In this document: one piece after another, positions 8,451 through 18,018 of the stretch
Position numbering within the stretch: position 1 is the first letter of the stretch
How the letters are laid out: the number at the start of each line of letters is the position of its first letter
Assembly (NCBI GenBank): GCA_017610205.1
Contig: JAFCCL010000010.1
Span: forward strand, 1-51,027
From: Candidatus Iainarchaeum sp.
GTDB taxonomy: Archaea; Iainarchaeota; Iainarchaeia; Iainarchaeales; GCA-2688035
Direction of reading: 5' to 3'
DNA: 51,027 nt
Position numbers and translations under genes: made by a program
Notes under the pieces: generated by a model
What the model was told of the DNA's origin: nothing
The model's database searches: none
Seen by the model: the letters and a program-made list of their open reading frames with translations, nothing else

Positions 8451-10148
8451 ATGGCGTTAAGAACAGGAATTGCAATCTTTATTTTTCTTATTTTTTGTTT
8501 AAATGCATTTGGACTTGAAATTGAAAACAGTACAAGAGTGCAGTCTGCAACCGTAATGATTACAATTGAGGGAAATGGAACGATTTCCGGAAATTTGCAG
8601 GGAAGAGAAGCAGATATAGAAGTTTTAAGTTTTAGAGACGGATATGGACAAAGGGTTTTGTCTTTGAGCGAAATTCTTGAAATAAACGGGAAAAAAATTA
8701 ATGCTGTTGAAAAAGAAGACGAATGGGAAAATCATTATGCATTATTTAAAGTTGGAGAAACAGGTGACTTTTCCTACAAAATCGAGGCATTGATTGAAAC
8801 AAATTCCACACCACCAATGCTTGAAGACTTTGACATTTCGCAGAAAATAAACGAATTTGAAGAATTTTCACAACCAAGCGAAAACATTGAATCCAACCAC
8901 GAAAGCATTAGAACATTTGCATTCAACACTTTTGACAGCAACAGCTGGCTTGAAACAATTGTTGGCGTAACACAGTGGACTTACGACAACGTAGAATATG
9001 ACCTGGGATATTTTCCAGAAACATATTCGGCGATTTCAACACTAAGAGAACGAAAAGGTGTTTGTGATGAGTTCGCCGTTCTTTCAGCCGCAATGCTAAG
9101 GGCAAAAGGAATACCGACAAGGGTAGTAATAGGGCTTAGTTTTAATCCAAAAGAAGGCCAGCAATGGAACAACCATGCATGGCTTCAGGCATTCAATCCA
9201 AACACAGGGTGGGTTTCACTTGACCCAACATTTGGAGAAGCCGGAACTGTTGACGGAACCCATATTACAAGAGGGATTTTTCCAGACCCTGAAGAATCAA
9301 GCATTTCAAAAGCAACCAGTATAAAAACTGCTTTAATAAATATGAGTGAAAAAAATGAGAAAGATGTAGAAGTTACTGCATTTAGACCATTTAGTGGAAT
9401 TTTTTCAATTGAAGCTGAAAAAGAAACCATGCCTGCAAACCAATGGCACAATATTAAAATAAACGCAAAAAATATGGTTAACGGAAATGTTATAGGATGG
9501 TTTTCAATTGCATTGCCTGCAGAGTTTACTGCATTGAAAAAAAAGAAAATGCTGTTTTTTGAAAAAGAAGAAGAAAAAGAAATTGTGTGGAGTATAAGAG
9601 TTGACACCGAACTCAAAGAAAACGAATACCTTTCAGGAACATACAAAATTCTTTCACTTGGAGGTGAAATACAAAAAGAGCTAAAGGTATTGCCAGGAAC
9701 AGACTTTCAGGAAGAAGCAGAAATTGTAATTGAAAACATTATTCCAACTGTTGAAAACAACAGTCTTGTTGTGGAACTAGAACTTGAAAACAGGGGAGCA
9801 GAACAAGGGCTTGTTGAAATAATGCTTGAAAAAACTTCAAAAAACCTTGAAATAGATGGCTTTGAAACAGCTTTTGTTGAAATAAAAATTCCTGAAGCAG
9901 AAAATAGGGCATATTCACTCGCAGTAAATGGACCAGGGCTTGAATTTGAAACGGAAATTGAAGTATATGAAGGAGTGCCATTGCCACTAGAACCACAGGA
10001 AACAGTGCCAGGCAACCTTGCAGAACAACTAATCCAAAGCAATGCTGATTTTTCATGGCTTTTTACAATTGAAACAGGCATTGCCGCAACAATAATAATA
10101 GGACTTGTAGTAATTGTGTTTCTTTTAAAAGAATTGTTATCAAAGTAA
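8451..10148 (+). CDS. secreted, membrane-anchored transglutaminase-like domain protein
   Basis: GVCDEFA (Cys), NHAW (His), WVSLDPT (Asp) triad; signal peptide and C-terminal TM. Confidence 0.9.
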   Translation: MALRTGIAIFIFLIFCLNAFGLEIENSTRVQSATVMITIEGNGTISGNLQGREADIEVLSFRDGYGQRVLSLSEILEINGKKINAVEKEDEWENHYALFKVGETGDFSYKIEALIETNSTPPMLEDFDISQKINEFEEFSQPSENIESNHESIRTFAFNTFDSNSWLETIVGVTQWTYDNVEYDLGYFPETYSAISTLRERKGVCDEFAVLSAAMLRAKGIPTRVVIGLSFNPKEGQQWNNHAWLQAFNPNTGWVSLDPTFGEAGTVDGTHITRGIFPDPEESSISKATSIKTALINMSEKNEKDVEVTAFRPFSGIFSIEAEKETMPANQWHNIKINAKNMVNGNVIGWFSIALPAEFTALKKKKMLFFEKEEEKEIVWSIRVDTELKENEYLSGTYKILSLGGEIQKELKVLPGTDFQEEAEIVIENIIPTVENNSLVVELELENRGAEQGLVEIMLEKTSKNLEIDGFETAFVEIKIPEAENRAYSLAVNGPGLEFETEIEVYEGVPLPLEPQETVPGNLAEQLIQSNADFSWLFTIETGIAATIIIGLVVIVFLLKELLSK

Positions 10149-10258
10149 TTTTTTAGGCAAATGGGGTTTAATTAGAAAACGCAGATAAACTGAGAAGCCG
10201 TGCCATCGAATGAAGAAAAGATGGCATTCTTGCTCGCGCCAGCCCCACGTGAGAGCTA

Positions 10259-10330
10259 GCGACCGTGGTCTAGTGGTTAAGATTCGACCTTGCCAAGGTC
10301 GGGGCCCGGGTTCGATTCCCGGCGGTCGCA
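10259..10330 (+). tRNA. tRNA-Gly (GCC)
   Basis: Acceptor GCGACCG/CGGTCGC, anticodon arm CGACC-TTGCCAA-GGTCG, T loop GTTCGATTC. Confidence 0.96.
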
Positions 10331-10494
10331 TAACCCATTGAGCGCAGCGAAATGGGTTCCGCCGTAATCGTGATTTTGGTAAAGGTTTTGCTTGCGAAGC
10401 ATTTTCGCAAACCTTTGCTAAAGGTTTTGCAAAAGGTTTTTTGATTCCTGCGGGCGCAAATTATTAAATAAGTTAATAAAAATCAGATGGTAAA

Positions 10495-11082
10495 ATGAAC
10501 AGTTTGCCTATAACAAGAGAGGAAGCAATTGAATTGCTAAAAAGCATGCCACAATTGGAATCAGACATGAACCACTATCTGGAAACAGAAGCTATTATGA
10601 AAAGTCTGGCCAAAAAATTTGGAGAAGACGCAGATTACTGGGGAATGTTAGGTTTACTGCATGACGTTGACTGGGCTTTGACAAAAAGTGATTGGAGTGA
10701 ACACTGCATTAAAGCCGCAGAAATCCTGAAATCAAAGGGTTTTGATGACGAGTTTGTAACAAACGTACAATCCCACGGATATGGCTATGACGAAATCCCC
10801 ATACTAAAAGACAAAAAAAGAAACTCAAAAATACAACATTCACTTGCTGCGGCAGAAACCCTGACAGGAATCATTTATGCATACGCTTTAATGAGGGGGA
10901 AAAAAATCTCAGACATGAAAGTAAAGGGACTGAATAAAAAATTCAAGGACAAACGTTTTGCTGCAAACTGCAACAGAGAACTGGTAAATGAAATAGAGCA
11001 GGCAGGACTTCCAAGAAACGAGTTTTTTGAACTGTCAATTGAGGCAATTAAAAAAATAAAAACTCAAATTGGCTTGGAATAA
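10495..11082 (+). CDS. HD/HDIG domain hydrolase
   Basis: H...TEAIM..LA, WG..GLLHDVD, H...SH; C-terminal KKFKDKRFAA..NR. Confidence 0.88.
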   Translation: MNSLPITREEAIELLKSMPQLESDMNHYLETEAIMKSLAKKFGEDADYWGMLGLLHDVDWALTKSDWSEHCIKAAEILKSKGFDDEFVTNVQSHGYGYDEIPILKDKKRNSKIQHSLAAAETLTGIIYAYALMRGKKISDMKVKGLNKKFKDKRFAANCNRELVNEIEQAGLPRNEFFELSIEAIKKIKTQIGLE

Positions 11083-11100
11083 AAGCTAACCAAAAAAAAA

Positions 11101-11739
11101 TCAGAGAATCTTTTTTACTTTTCCCCAAATCTCTTCGCTAATTTCCTGCCTTGGCCTGATTCCTGTTTCAAATTTGCAGTCAATTGTTATCCAACCAGGC
11201 TGCTTTGAAAGCTTTAAATAAACCTGCCTCGTGGCTTCAAGATAGGATTTGTCTAATTCATGAATGTCTTTTTCCCTTGCCCTCGACTTCATTAAATTTG
11301 CTGAAACATTTACAGGCAAGTCTAAGAAAATTGTCAAATCAGGCTTGGGAAGTCTTCCCTCAACTCCTTCAAGCCATTCAATAAATTGCTGCCTTTGCAC
11401 GCCCTCAAATTTTGCTGCCTGGTGGGCAATGTTGCTTGCAATATACCTATCACACACCACAATTTTTTCCTGTTCAATAAATTTTTCAATTTCAGGCATT
11501 GCATCAAGCCTGTCAAGGGAATAAAGCAGTGAAGCAAGCTCTGGCTTTACTTCCTCCAAAGAGCCAAATTCTCCGCGAAGATATTTTGACACAAGCTTTC
11601 CAAAAAAAGTTTCGTAGCGGGGAAAGGAAATTAAAATTGCCTGCTTTCCCTCTTTTTTTAGTCGCTCAAGCAAAATCTTTGCCTGAGTATGTTTTCCAGA
11701 GCTGTCACACCCCTCAATTGCCAAAAGTTTGCCGTTCAT
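11101..11739 (-). CDS. tmk: thymidylate kinase
   Basis: IEGCDSSGKHTQ P-loop, FPRY, DRYIAS, PDLTIFLD. Confidence 0.95.
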   Translation of the reverse strand: MNGKLLAIEGCDSSGKHTQAKILLERLKKEGKQAILISFPRYETFFGKLVSKYLRGEFGSLEEVKPELASLLYSLDRLDAMPEIEKFIEQEKIVVCDRYIASNIAHQAAKFEGVQRQQFIEWLEGVEGRLPKPDLTIFLDLPVNVSANLMKSRAREKDIHELDKSYLEATRQVYLKLSKQPGWITIDCKFETGIRPRQEISEEIWGKVKKIL

Positions 11740-11795
11740 GCAAAAACAAGAGCGGGGAAGTTATTTAAATAATAAGCAGGGTAAAATTTCCTAAA

Positions 11796-11866
11796 GCGTC
11801 CGTAGTGTAATGGTAGCATCATAGCCTTCCAAGCTATTAGTTCGGGTTCGAATCCCGGCGGGCGCA
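11796..11866 (+). tRNA. tRNA-Gly (TCC)
   Basis: Acceptor GCGTCCG/CGGGCGC, anticodon arm ATAGC-CTTCCAA-GCTAT, T loop GTTCGAATC. Confidence 0.95.
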
Positions 11867-11947
11867 TTTTTCTTCCTTTTTTCTGCAGAAAAATTTTCTG
11901 CCGAAATAAAAGAATTAAATACTTGAAACCGGTATATAATAATAGAA

Positions 11948-13003
11948 ATGAATCAAAAAGCACAAGCAGGTTTGGAATACCTAATAACCTATGGATGGGC
12001 ACTGGTGTTAGTTACCGCTGTTGTAGGCGTACTTGTTTTTATAATAGGCACACCAAGCTCTAAAGTAACTTTTTCTTCTTTAGACCCAACAGCACTCAGC
12101 CTAAGAGGCGGGACTAGGGCAGGAGGAACAGTAACAATGGCTCTGCAAAATATCACAGGCGGAAAAATAACAATAACAGACTTCAGCGGATTTGGAGATG
12201 CATGCGAAATAAACGGCATTAAAACAGGCACCACAAACATTGAGTTAGAAGCAGGCGAAAAATTTATGATAGAATGCAATGATGTTGACGACACAGACCT
12301 CTTAACACCACTTTCAATCCACTACAAAGATTTTTCAGGACTTAGACAGGAAGCCACAATTATTGCAAACATTCCAGGAGGCACAACAGCAAGCCTGTGC
12401 GGAAACGGAGTTTTGGATAACGGAGAAGCCTGTGATTTAAGTGCCACACCAGATGGAACAGGGGCAAACATGACATGCCTTAGCAACTGCAGTGCAAACA
12501 TAACAGATTGTGATGCAAGCCTTGCAAGGGCAGGAAACTATGTTGTGCAGCAGAATATCGATTCAGACAACTTTGGATTGGAGAATTGTATTGTAGTAAC
12601 TGCAAATGACGTTTCAATTAACTGTGGAGGTCATACAATAAGCAGCGGCACTATTGATTTGGGTTCTATAAGATATGGTATAAGTAGTACTGGGCAAAAC
12701 GCTGCAATATCAAACTGCAACTTAAGCGGCTTTGACTATGCAGGCATAAATGTATCTGGATGCAACAGCAGTTTAAGAAACATAAACATAAGCAACGGAT
12801 TTTACAATGGATTAGAGGTTTACGCTACAGATTGCGGGGTTGAATTAGAAAATGTGGTTTCCTGCGATAGTGCAATAGGATATTGGGATATGACAATATC
12901 TATGAACAACTGTGACCTTCTTTTAGCCAATAATGTTGTAGCAACCGAAATCAACGCCAGTGATCCATGTAAAATAAAATTGAATGCCGCGCTCTGTCCA
13001 TAG
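11948..13003 (+). CDS. class III signal peptide (type IV pilin-like) protein with a Cys-rich repeat and a beta-helix-like C-terminus
   Basis: KAQAGLEYLITYGWAL plus hydrophobic stretch; CGNGVLD.GEACD repeat; CI.V.ANDV.INC.GH.I beta-helix start. Confidence 0.85.
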   Translation: MNQKAQAGLEYLITYGWALVLVTAVVGVLVFIIGTPSSKVTFSSLDPTALSLRGGTRAGGTVTMALQNITGGKITITDFSGFGDACEINGIKTGTTNIELEAGEKFMIECNDVDDTDLLTPLSIHYKDFSGLRQEATIIANIPGGTTASLCGNGVLDNGEACDLSATPDGTGANMTCLSNCSANITDCDASLARAGNYVVQQNIDSDNFGLENCIVVTANDVSINCGGHTISSGTIDLGSIRYGISSTGQNAAISNCNLSGFDYAGINVSGCNSSLRNINISNGFYNGLEVYATDCGVELENVVSCDSAIGYWDMTISMNNCDLLLANNVVATEINASDPCKIKLNAALCP

Positions 13004-13088
13004 CAGTATAATCAGTGAACAAAAGCCGTTCAATCCTGTTTAAAAACAATTTTGGGCAAAGTTTTTTGACTGAACTAGGTTTTTTGAA

Positions 13089-13406
13089 ATGGCTGGAAAG
13101 AACAAGCGAAAGGAAATTGCTTTGGAAAGAATTTACAGGCTTTTTGAATTGGCTGAAGCAGAATTTGAAAAGCACCCTGAACGAAGCAAACGCTATGTTG
13201 AACTTGCAAGAAAGCTTGGCACAAGAAACAGGGCTACAATTCCAACAGAGTTAAAGAAAAGGTTTTGCAAAAAATGCGGAGCGTTTTTGGTAAAAGGCAA
13301 AAATTCCGAATGGAAGGAAGCAGGGGAACTTGTTGAAATAAAGTGCAGGAAATGCGGTTATTGCTTCAAAAAAAGTTTAAAGCAGGAAAAAAAGAAGAAA
13401 AAGTAG
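13089..13406 (+). CDS. rnp4: RNase P protein Rpp21 (component 4)
   Basis: IALERI..LF, RYVELA, KRFCKKC and C..CG zinc ribbon. Confidence 0.94.
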   Translation: MAGKNKRKEIALERIYRLFELAEAEFEKHPERSKRYVELARKLGTRNRATIPTELKKRFCKKCGAFLVKGKNSEWKEAGELVEIKCRKCGYCFKKSLKQEKKKKK

Positions 13407-13574
13407 CCTTTTTAAAGGTTTCAGAGAAGATTTACTTTATTGAGAGGCTTTTTTTCACTCCCTTTTTTGGGTTGAGCGAAAAATTGCTCCGAAAGGAGTA
13501 TGGCATCGAGCATCAAAAGATGCGAAGATGGCATAATTTGCAGCTGGAATTTGCCGGCTATTGGAGGAATTTAA

Positions 13575-14189
13575 TTGGGTGTATTTGACGTTCCTGCCTC
13601 TGCCTTGATTAAGGTTGTTGCAGCAGATTTGAAAAAACAAGGGCTAAAGCAGCCTAAATGGGTTATGTTTGTTAAAACAGGAAGCCACAGAGAAAGGGCA
13701 CCTGACAGCCCTGAATGGTTTTATGAAAGAGCTGCAAGCGTACTTTACAGAATTTACAAAGAAGGCCCTCTGGGAACAGGGTCTTTGAGAAGTTATTACG
13801 GCGGAAAAAAGAGAAGAGGCGTAAAAAAAGCGCATTTTAGAAAAGCTGGAGGAAAAATCATCAGAGTTTGCCTGCAGGAACTTGAAAAACAAGGGTTTAT
13901 TAAAAAAGACAAAAAGGGACGGATTATAACAGGCAAGGGACAAAGCTATTTGAACAAGCTTGCAAAAGAAACAAATGCATTTACAAAACAAGCTGACGCA
14001 AAAAAAATATCTGCAAAGGCTGAAAAAGAAAAGCATTCAGAAAAAACCGAGGAAGAAAAAAAGGTTGAAGCAGAATTGAAAAAACAGGAACAGGCAGGAA
14101 AAGACAAAGAAAAGGCAAAAGAAGAAGCCAAGAAAAAAGAGAAGAAAAAGGAAGAAAAGAAAAAGGAAGAAAAAACAGAAAAGAAATAA
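13575..14189 (+). CDS. rps19e: 30S ribosomal protein S19e with a charged C-terminal extension
   Basis: FVKTG.HRE.AP, WFY.RAAS, YGG.K.RG, R..LQ.LE; TTG start after GGAGG. Confidence 0.96.
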   Translation: MGVFDVPASALIKVVAADLKKQGLKQPKWVMFVKTGSHRERAPDSPEWFYERAASVLYRIYKEGPLGTGSLRSYYGGKKRRGVKKAHFRKAGGKIIRVCLQELEKQGFIKKDKKGRIITGKGQSYLNKLAKETNAFTKQADAKKISAKAEKEKHSEKTEEEKKVEAELKKQEQAGKDKEKAKEEAKKKEKKKEEKKKEEKTEKK

Positions 14190-14259
14190 GATAGTGAAAA
14201 GAAAAAGGAAGAAAAAAGGCGAATAAGACAGAATTAGCTTGGGCGGAAGAGGAAATTTA

Positions 14260-14565
14260 ATGGATTATGAAGAAATTAAAAGGCAGAAAATGGAGGAATT
14301 GAAGAAAAGACAGCTTGAAGAAGAAATGCAGGACAGAACCGAGGCAAAAATTGCCCTGGCAATAAGAAACCTGCTGTCCGAAGAAGCAAGAAACAGGCTG
14401 AACAATGTAAAGATTGTAAACAGGCAATTGTATCTCAAAGCAGTGCAAAGTGTTTTGTACCTTCAAAGTACAGGGCATTTGCAGGGAAAAATTGAGGAAC
14501 AGGAGCTGAAAATGTTGTTGGAAAAATTAAGAAACAAAAAGGAAATTAAAATTACAAGGAAATGA
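14260..14565 (+). CDS. PDCD5/TFAR19-like DNA-binding protein
   Basis: L..EAR.RL.N.K...., ends KITRK; conserved position between S19e and L39e. Confidence 0.88.
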   Translation: MDYEEIKRQKMEELKKRQLEEEMQDRTEAKIALAIRNLLSEEARNRLNNVKIVNRQLYLKAVQSVLYLQSTGHLQGKIEEQELKMLLEKLRNKKEIKITRK

Positions 14566-14570
14566 TTTTT

Positions 14571-14792
14571 ATGGCAAAAAATAAGGATTCTGAATTTAAA
14601 GAATTTTTGATAAGCAGCAGAAAAAAAATCAGACCAGGGCTTACAAACGCACCTGTATGGGTTCTGCAAAAGGCAGGAAAAAGAATTTGGAACCCAAAAA
14701 GCAAAAGAACATGGAAAGACGCAGACCTAGGAAAGCTTTTTAGGAAAAGAAAGCACAGGGAAAAGGCAGCATTGAGAAGACAAAGGGAGTAA
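14571..14792 (+). CDS. rpl39e: 50S ribosomal protein L39e
   Basis: MAKNK, APVWV..K, P..KR.W; syntenic with L31e. Confidence 0.8.
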   Translation: MAKNKDSEFKEFLISSRKKIRPGLTNAPVWVLQKAGKRIWNPKSKRTWKDADLGKLFRKRKHREKAALRRQRE

Positions 14793-14798
14793 TAAAAA

Positions 14799-15242
14799 AT
14801 GGCAAAGGAAAAAAAGACAAAGGAAATTAAAAAGGTTGAACGTGAATTTGTTGTCGGGCTTCAAAAAGCCTACAATTGCCCAAGACCAAGAAGAGCCGAA
14901 AAGACAATTTTTCTCCTAAAAAAGTTTATGTTCAAACATTTTAGAGCATCAAAAGAAAACGTGCTAATAAGCAACGCAGTCAACGAATTCCTATGGAAGA
15001 ACGGCAGAGAACACGTGCCAAGAAAAATTGAAGTAAAAGTTATTTTTATTGAAGGCAAAGTAAACGTTTTCCTCAAAGGTGAAAAAGCAACGCTTCCAAA
15101 AGAGGAAAAGAAAAAGGAAGAAAAGAAAGAAGAAAAAATGACAAAAGAAGAAAAAGAAGCAGAAAAAGAAAAAGAAAAGAAAAAAGACGAAAAAAAGCTT
15201 GCGGAAAAGGCAGCAGAAAAATCAGCCATCAAAAGAGGCTAG
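14799..15242 (+). CDS. rpl31e: 50S ribosomal protein L31e with a KE-rich tail
   Basis: PR.RRA..., KH, V.I...VN..LW..G....PRKI.V. Confidence 0.92.
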   Translation: MAKEKKTKEIKKVEREFVVGLQKAYNCPRPRRAEKTIFLLKKFMFKHFRASKENVLISNAVNEFLWKNGREHVPRKIEVKVIFIEGKVNVFLKGEKATLPKEEKKKEEKKEEKMTKEEKEAEKEKEKKKDEKKLAEKAAEKSAIKRG

Positions 15243-15247
15243 AGGAA

Positions 15248-15907
15248 ATGAAAATTGAACTTGGAACAGTAAGGGAAACGCCGTTTGTAGGCATTTTTGC
15301 CCTTGCAACAGAAAAATTTGTTCTGGTACCAAAAGCAATTTCCACAAAAGAAGAAGAAAAAATTACAAACCTTTTTGGAACAGAAATTATAAAAGCAAGC
15401 ATTGCAAACTCAGGGCTTTTAGGAGTTCTTTCAGCAGGAAACAGCAAGGGAATTATTGCAAGCAGTATAATTGACGAAAAAGAGGAAAAGGAAACGAAAC
15501 AAATAGGAATTAAAATTAAAAAAATTGAAAACATTAGTGCAGTTGGAAACCTTATTGCATTAAACGACAGCAAAGGCGTTTGTTCAGGTGCATTTTCAAA
15601 AAAACAGCAAAAAGAAATAGAAAAATTTTTAGGAATAAAATTAAAAGAATCAACAGTTGCAGGCTCCGACCTTATTGGCGCAAGCATTGTGGCAACAAAC
15701 AAAGGATTTATTTTAAACAAAATGGCATCTGACAAAGAAGGCGAAGAAATAGAAAAACATTTTGGAATACAAGGAGCAAAAGGCACAGTAAACGCAGGAG
15801 ACTGTTTTGTAGGAAACAGCCTTATAGCAAACAGCCAGGCAGGATTTGCAGGAAGAAACACGACAGGATTTGAACTTGCAAGAATTGATGAAGGGTTAAG
15901 GGGGTAA
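15248..15907 (+). CDS. eif6: translation initiation factor aIF6
   Basis: GNS.G, GNLIALND, ATNKG, GTVN.G, TTGFEL.RI. Confidence 0.95.
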   Translation: MKIELGTVRETPFVGIFALATEKFVLVPKAISTKEEEKITNLFGTEIIKASIANSGLLGVLSAGNSKGIIASSIIDEKEEKETKQIGIKIKKIENISAVGNLIALNDSKGVCSGAFSKKQQKEIEKFLGIKLKESTVAGSDLIGASIVATNKGFILNKMASDKEGEEIEKHFGIQGAKGTVNAGDCFVGNSLIANSQAGFAGRNTTGFELARIDEGLRG

Positions 15908-15912
15908 TTTTT

Positions 15913-16119
15913 ATGACAGAAAAAATTTTTGAAATAAAAGGTGAATTCGATGAAAAAGGCGGCAAAAAACCATTTTCAAAAAAAGTAAAAGCAAAAACCG
16001 CATCCTTTGCAACCGAAAAAGCAATATGCCTATTCGGAAGCAAAAATAAAATAAAAAGAAACAAAATTTTTGTACAGGAAACAAAAGAGGTGAAAGCAGA
16101 TGGCAAAAAAGAAAAATGA
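15913..16119 (+). CDS. rpl18a: 50S ribosomal protein L18a/LX
   Basis: F.K.V.A, A.EK....FGSK.KIKR..I; syntenic after aIF6. Confidence 0.88.
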   Translation: MTEKIFEIKGEFDEKGGKKPFSKKVKAKTASFATEKAICLFGSKNKIKRNKIFVQETKEVKADGKKEK

Positions 16120-16612
16120 AATTAATAACACAGAAAATCAAACAACAGGCCAACCAAAAGAAATGAAGGTAACAGGCCAACAGCTAATGGACACCTACAG
16201 AAACGACCAGACAAAATTAGAAGGATTAGAAAAAAAGGCAAGGTCACTGCAAAAAGTAATCAACGAAATGATTACCGCAGTAGATTCTGTAAAAGGGATA
16301 GAAAAAACAACAAGCGGTGAAAACACACTTATTCCATTAGGAGCAGGAATTTATGCAGAAGGAAAAATTACAAACACCAAAATTCTAAAAAGCAGCCTTG
16401 CAGGAAACGTACTTGTAGACACAGACATAAAAAAAGTTGTTGAAAACCTTGACCAGGACATAAAAAAAGCAGGAAAAGAAATTGCAAATACACAAAGCGA
16501 ACTGCAAAAAACACAGCGAAACCTGCAAATGGTTTCACAAATGCTGCAAAAAGGACAGCAAATGATGCAACAAAACCAAAACAAAAAAGAGCAGGCAAGC
16601 GACGTGAGCTAA
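16100..16612 (+). CDS. pfdA: prefoldin alpha subunit
   Basis: Coiled coils flanking the LIPLGAG.Y..G.I hairpin; synteny. Confidence 0.9.
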   Translation: MAKKKNEINNTENQTTGQPKEMKVTGQQLMDTYRNDQTKLEGLEKKARSLQKVINEMITAVDSVKGIEKTTSGENTLIPLGAGIYAEGKITNTKILKSSLAGNVLVDTDIKKVVENLDQDIKKAGKEIANTQSELQKTQRNLQMVSQMLQKGQQMMQQNQNKKEQASDVS

Positions 16613-16613
16613 A

Positions 16614-17981
16614 TTGTTCGACCTTCTCAAAAAAAAACTTGGAAAATTTGTCAAAAAAGTAAAAGGAAAAACCGAAACTGGTTCTGAAGAACAGGAAACA
16701 AAAGTTACATTGGAAGAACCTTTTAAAGAACAAGAAGAAATCAAAACGCCGGAACCAACGGCAGAAGAAACACCTGCTGCGGAGGAAGAGCCGGCTGAGG
16801 AACCTGCTGAAGAAGAATCTGCAGCTGAAGAAGAGCCTGAAGAAATTGTTGAAAAAACAATCAAAGAACCAGAACAGGTTGAAGAACCAAAAGCTGCAGA
16901 AGAAATTGAAGAACCGGAAAAAGTTGTTGAAGAAATCAAAGAACCCGAACTAGAAGTAATTGAAGAGCCTGAGCCAAAAGCAGAAGAGGAAATAGAAGCT
17001 GTTAAAGAACAAGCCGAAGAACCTGTTAAAGAAGCAGAACCAATCGAAGAACCTGCACTCAGACCTTTGGAAGAAAAAAGGACATTAAAACCAAAAATTT
17101 CAATTAGAGGAAAATTCAAAGCAGCAATTACAGGTTCTGTTGAATTAAAGGAATCAGACCTCAAAGAACTATTATGGGAACTGGAACTTTCATTGCTTGA
17201 AGCAGACGTGGAACAAACAACCGCTGAAGAAATATGCAGAAAAATAAAGGAAAGGCTTTCAGGCAAAAAAATTGCAAGAGGAAAAAGTGTTGAAAAAATT
17301 GTAAAAAAAGAAATTGGAGAAATTCTTGCCTCAATGATGCAAACAGAAGAATACGATTTATTAAAAGAGGTCAGGGCAAAAAAGCCAAAGCCATTCAAAA
17401 TACTTTTTTTGGGACCAAACGGCGCAGGAAAAACAACAAGCATTGCAAAATTGACACACTTGCTTCAAAGCAAGGGACTAAAGGTTTTGTGGGCTGCAGG
17501 AGACACTTTCAGGGCAGCAAGCATTGAACAAATGGAAGTACACGCCAGAAAACTTGGAGTTAGAGTAATAAAGCACCAGTATGGAGCAGACCCTGCAGCA
17601 GTTGCATTTGACGCAGTAAAAGCAGCTCAAAGCAAGGGCATTGACGTTGTTCTCATAGACTCTGCCGGAAGGCAGGAAACAAACAAAAATTTAATGGGCG
17701 AGCTTGAAAAAATCACAAGAGTAATACAGCCTGATTTGAAAATTTACGTAGGCGAAGCATTTACAGGGCAGGCTTTGCTGCAGCAGGCAAAAGAATATGA
17801 CAAAATCGCAGGCATTGACGCTTTCATTCTTTCAAAAATAGACTGCGATTCAAAAGGCGGAACCACAATTTCACTGCTTTACAAAATGAAAAAGCCAATT
17901 CTCTTTGTCGGAACAGGGCAAGAGTACGAAGATTTGCAGACATTCAAGCCGGAATTCATCCTCAAAAAGATAATTGAATAA
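16614..17981 (+). CDS. ftsY: SRP receptor FtsY with an acidic N-terminal domain
   Basis: GPNGAGKTT, DTFRAA, DSAGR, SKID...KGG, GTGQ.YEDL. Confidence 0.97.
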   Translation: MFDLLKKKLGKFVKKVKGKTETGSEEQETKVTLEEPFKEQEEIKTPEPTAEETPAAEEEPAEEPAEEESAAEEEPEEIVEKTIKEPEQVEEPKAAEEIEEPEKVVEEIKEPELEVIEEPEPKAEEEIEAVKEQAEEPVKEAEPIEEPALRPLEEKRTLKPKISIRGKFKAAITGSVELKESDLKELLWELELSLLEADVEQTTAEEICRKIKERLSGKKIARGKSVEKIVKKEIGEILASMMQTEEYDLLKEVRAKKPKPFKILFLGPNGAGKTTSIAKLTHLLQSKGLKVLWAAGDTFRAASIEQMEVHARKLGVRVIKHQYGADPAAVAFDAVKAAQSKGIDVVLIDSAGRQETNKNLMGELEKITRVIQPDLKIYVGEAFTGQALLQQAKEYDKIAGIDAFILSKIDCDSKGGTTISLLYKMKKPILFVGTGQEYEDLQTFKPEFILKKIIE

Positions 17982-18018
17982 AAACCTGTGGAAAAAAGTC
18001 TACTTTCTATTTTGCATT

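Noticed and set aside
10140-10331. ORFs MRPPGIEPG... and 11736-12002
   Set aside because: Antisense translations of tRNA-Gly genes.
16535-17443. 302-aa Ser-rich antisense ORF
   Set aside because: Antisense shadow of the Glu-rich FtsY N-terminus.
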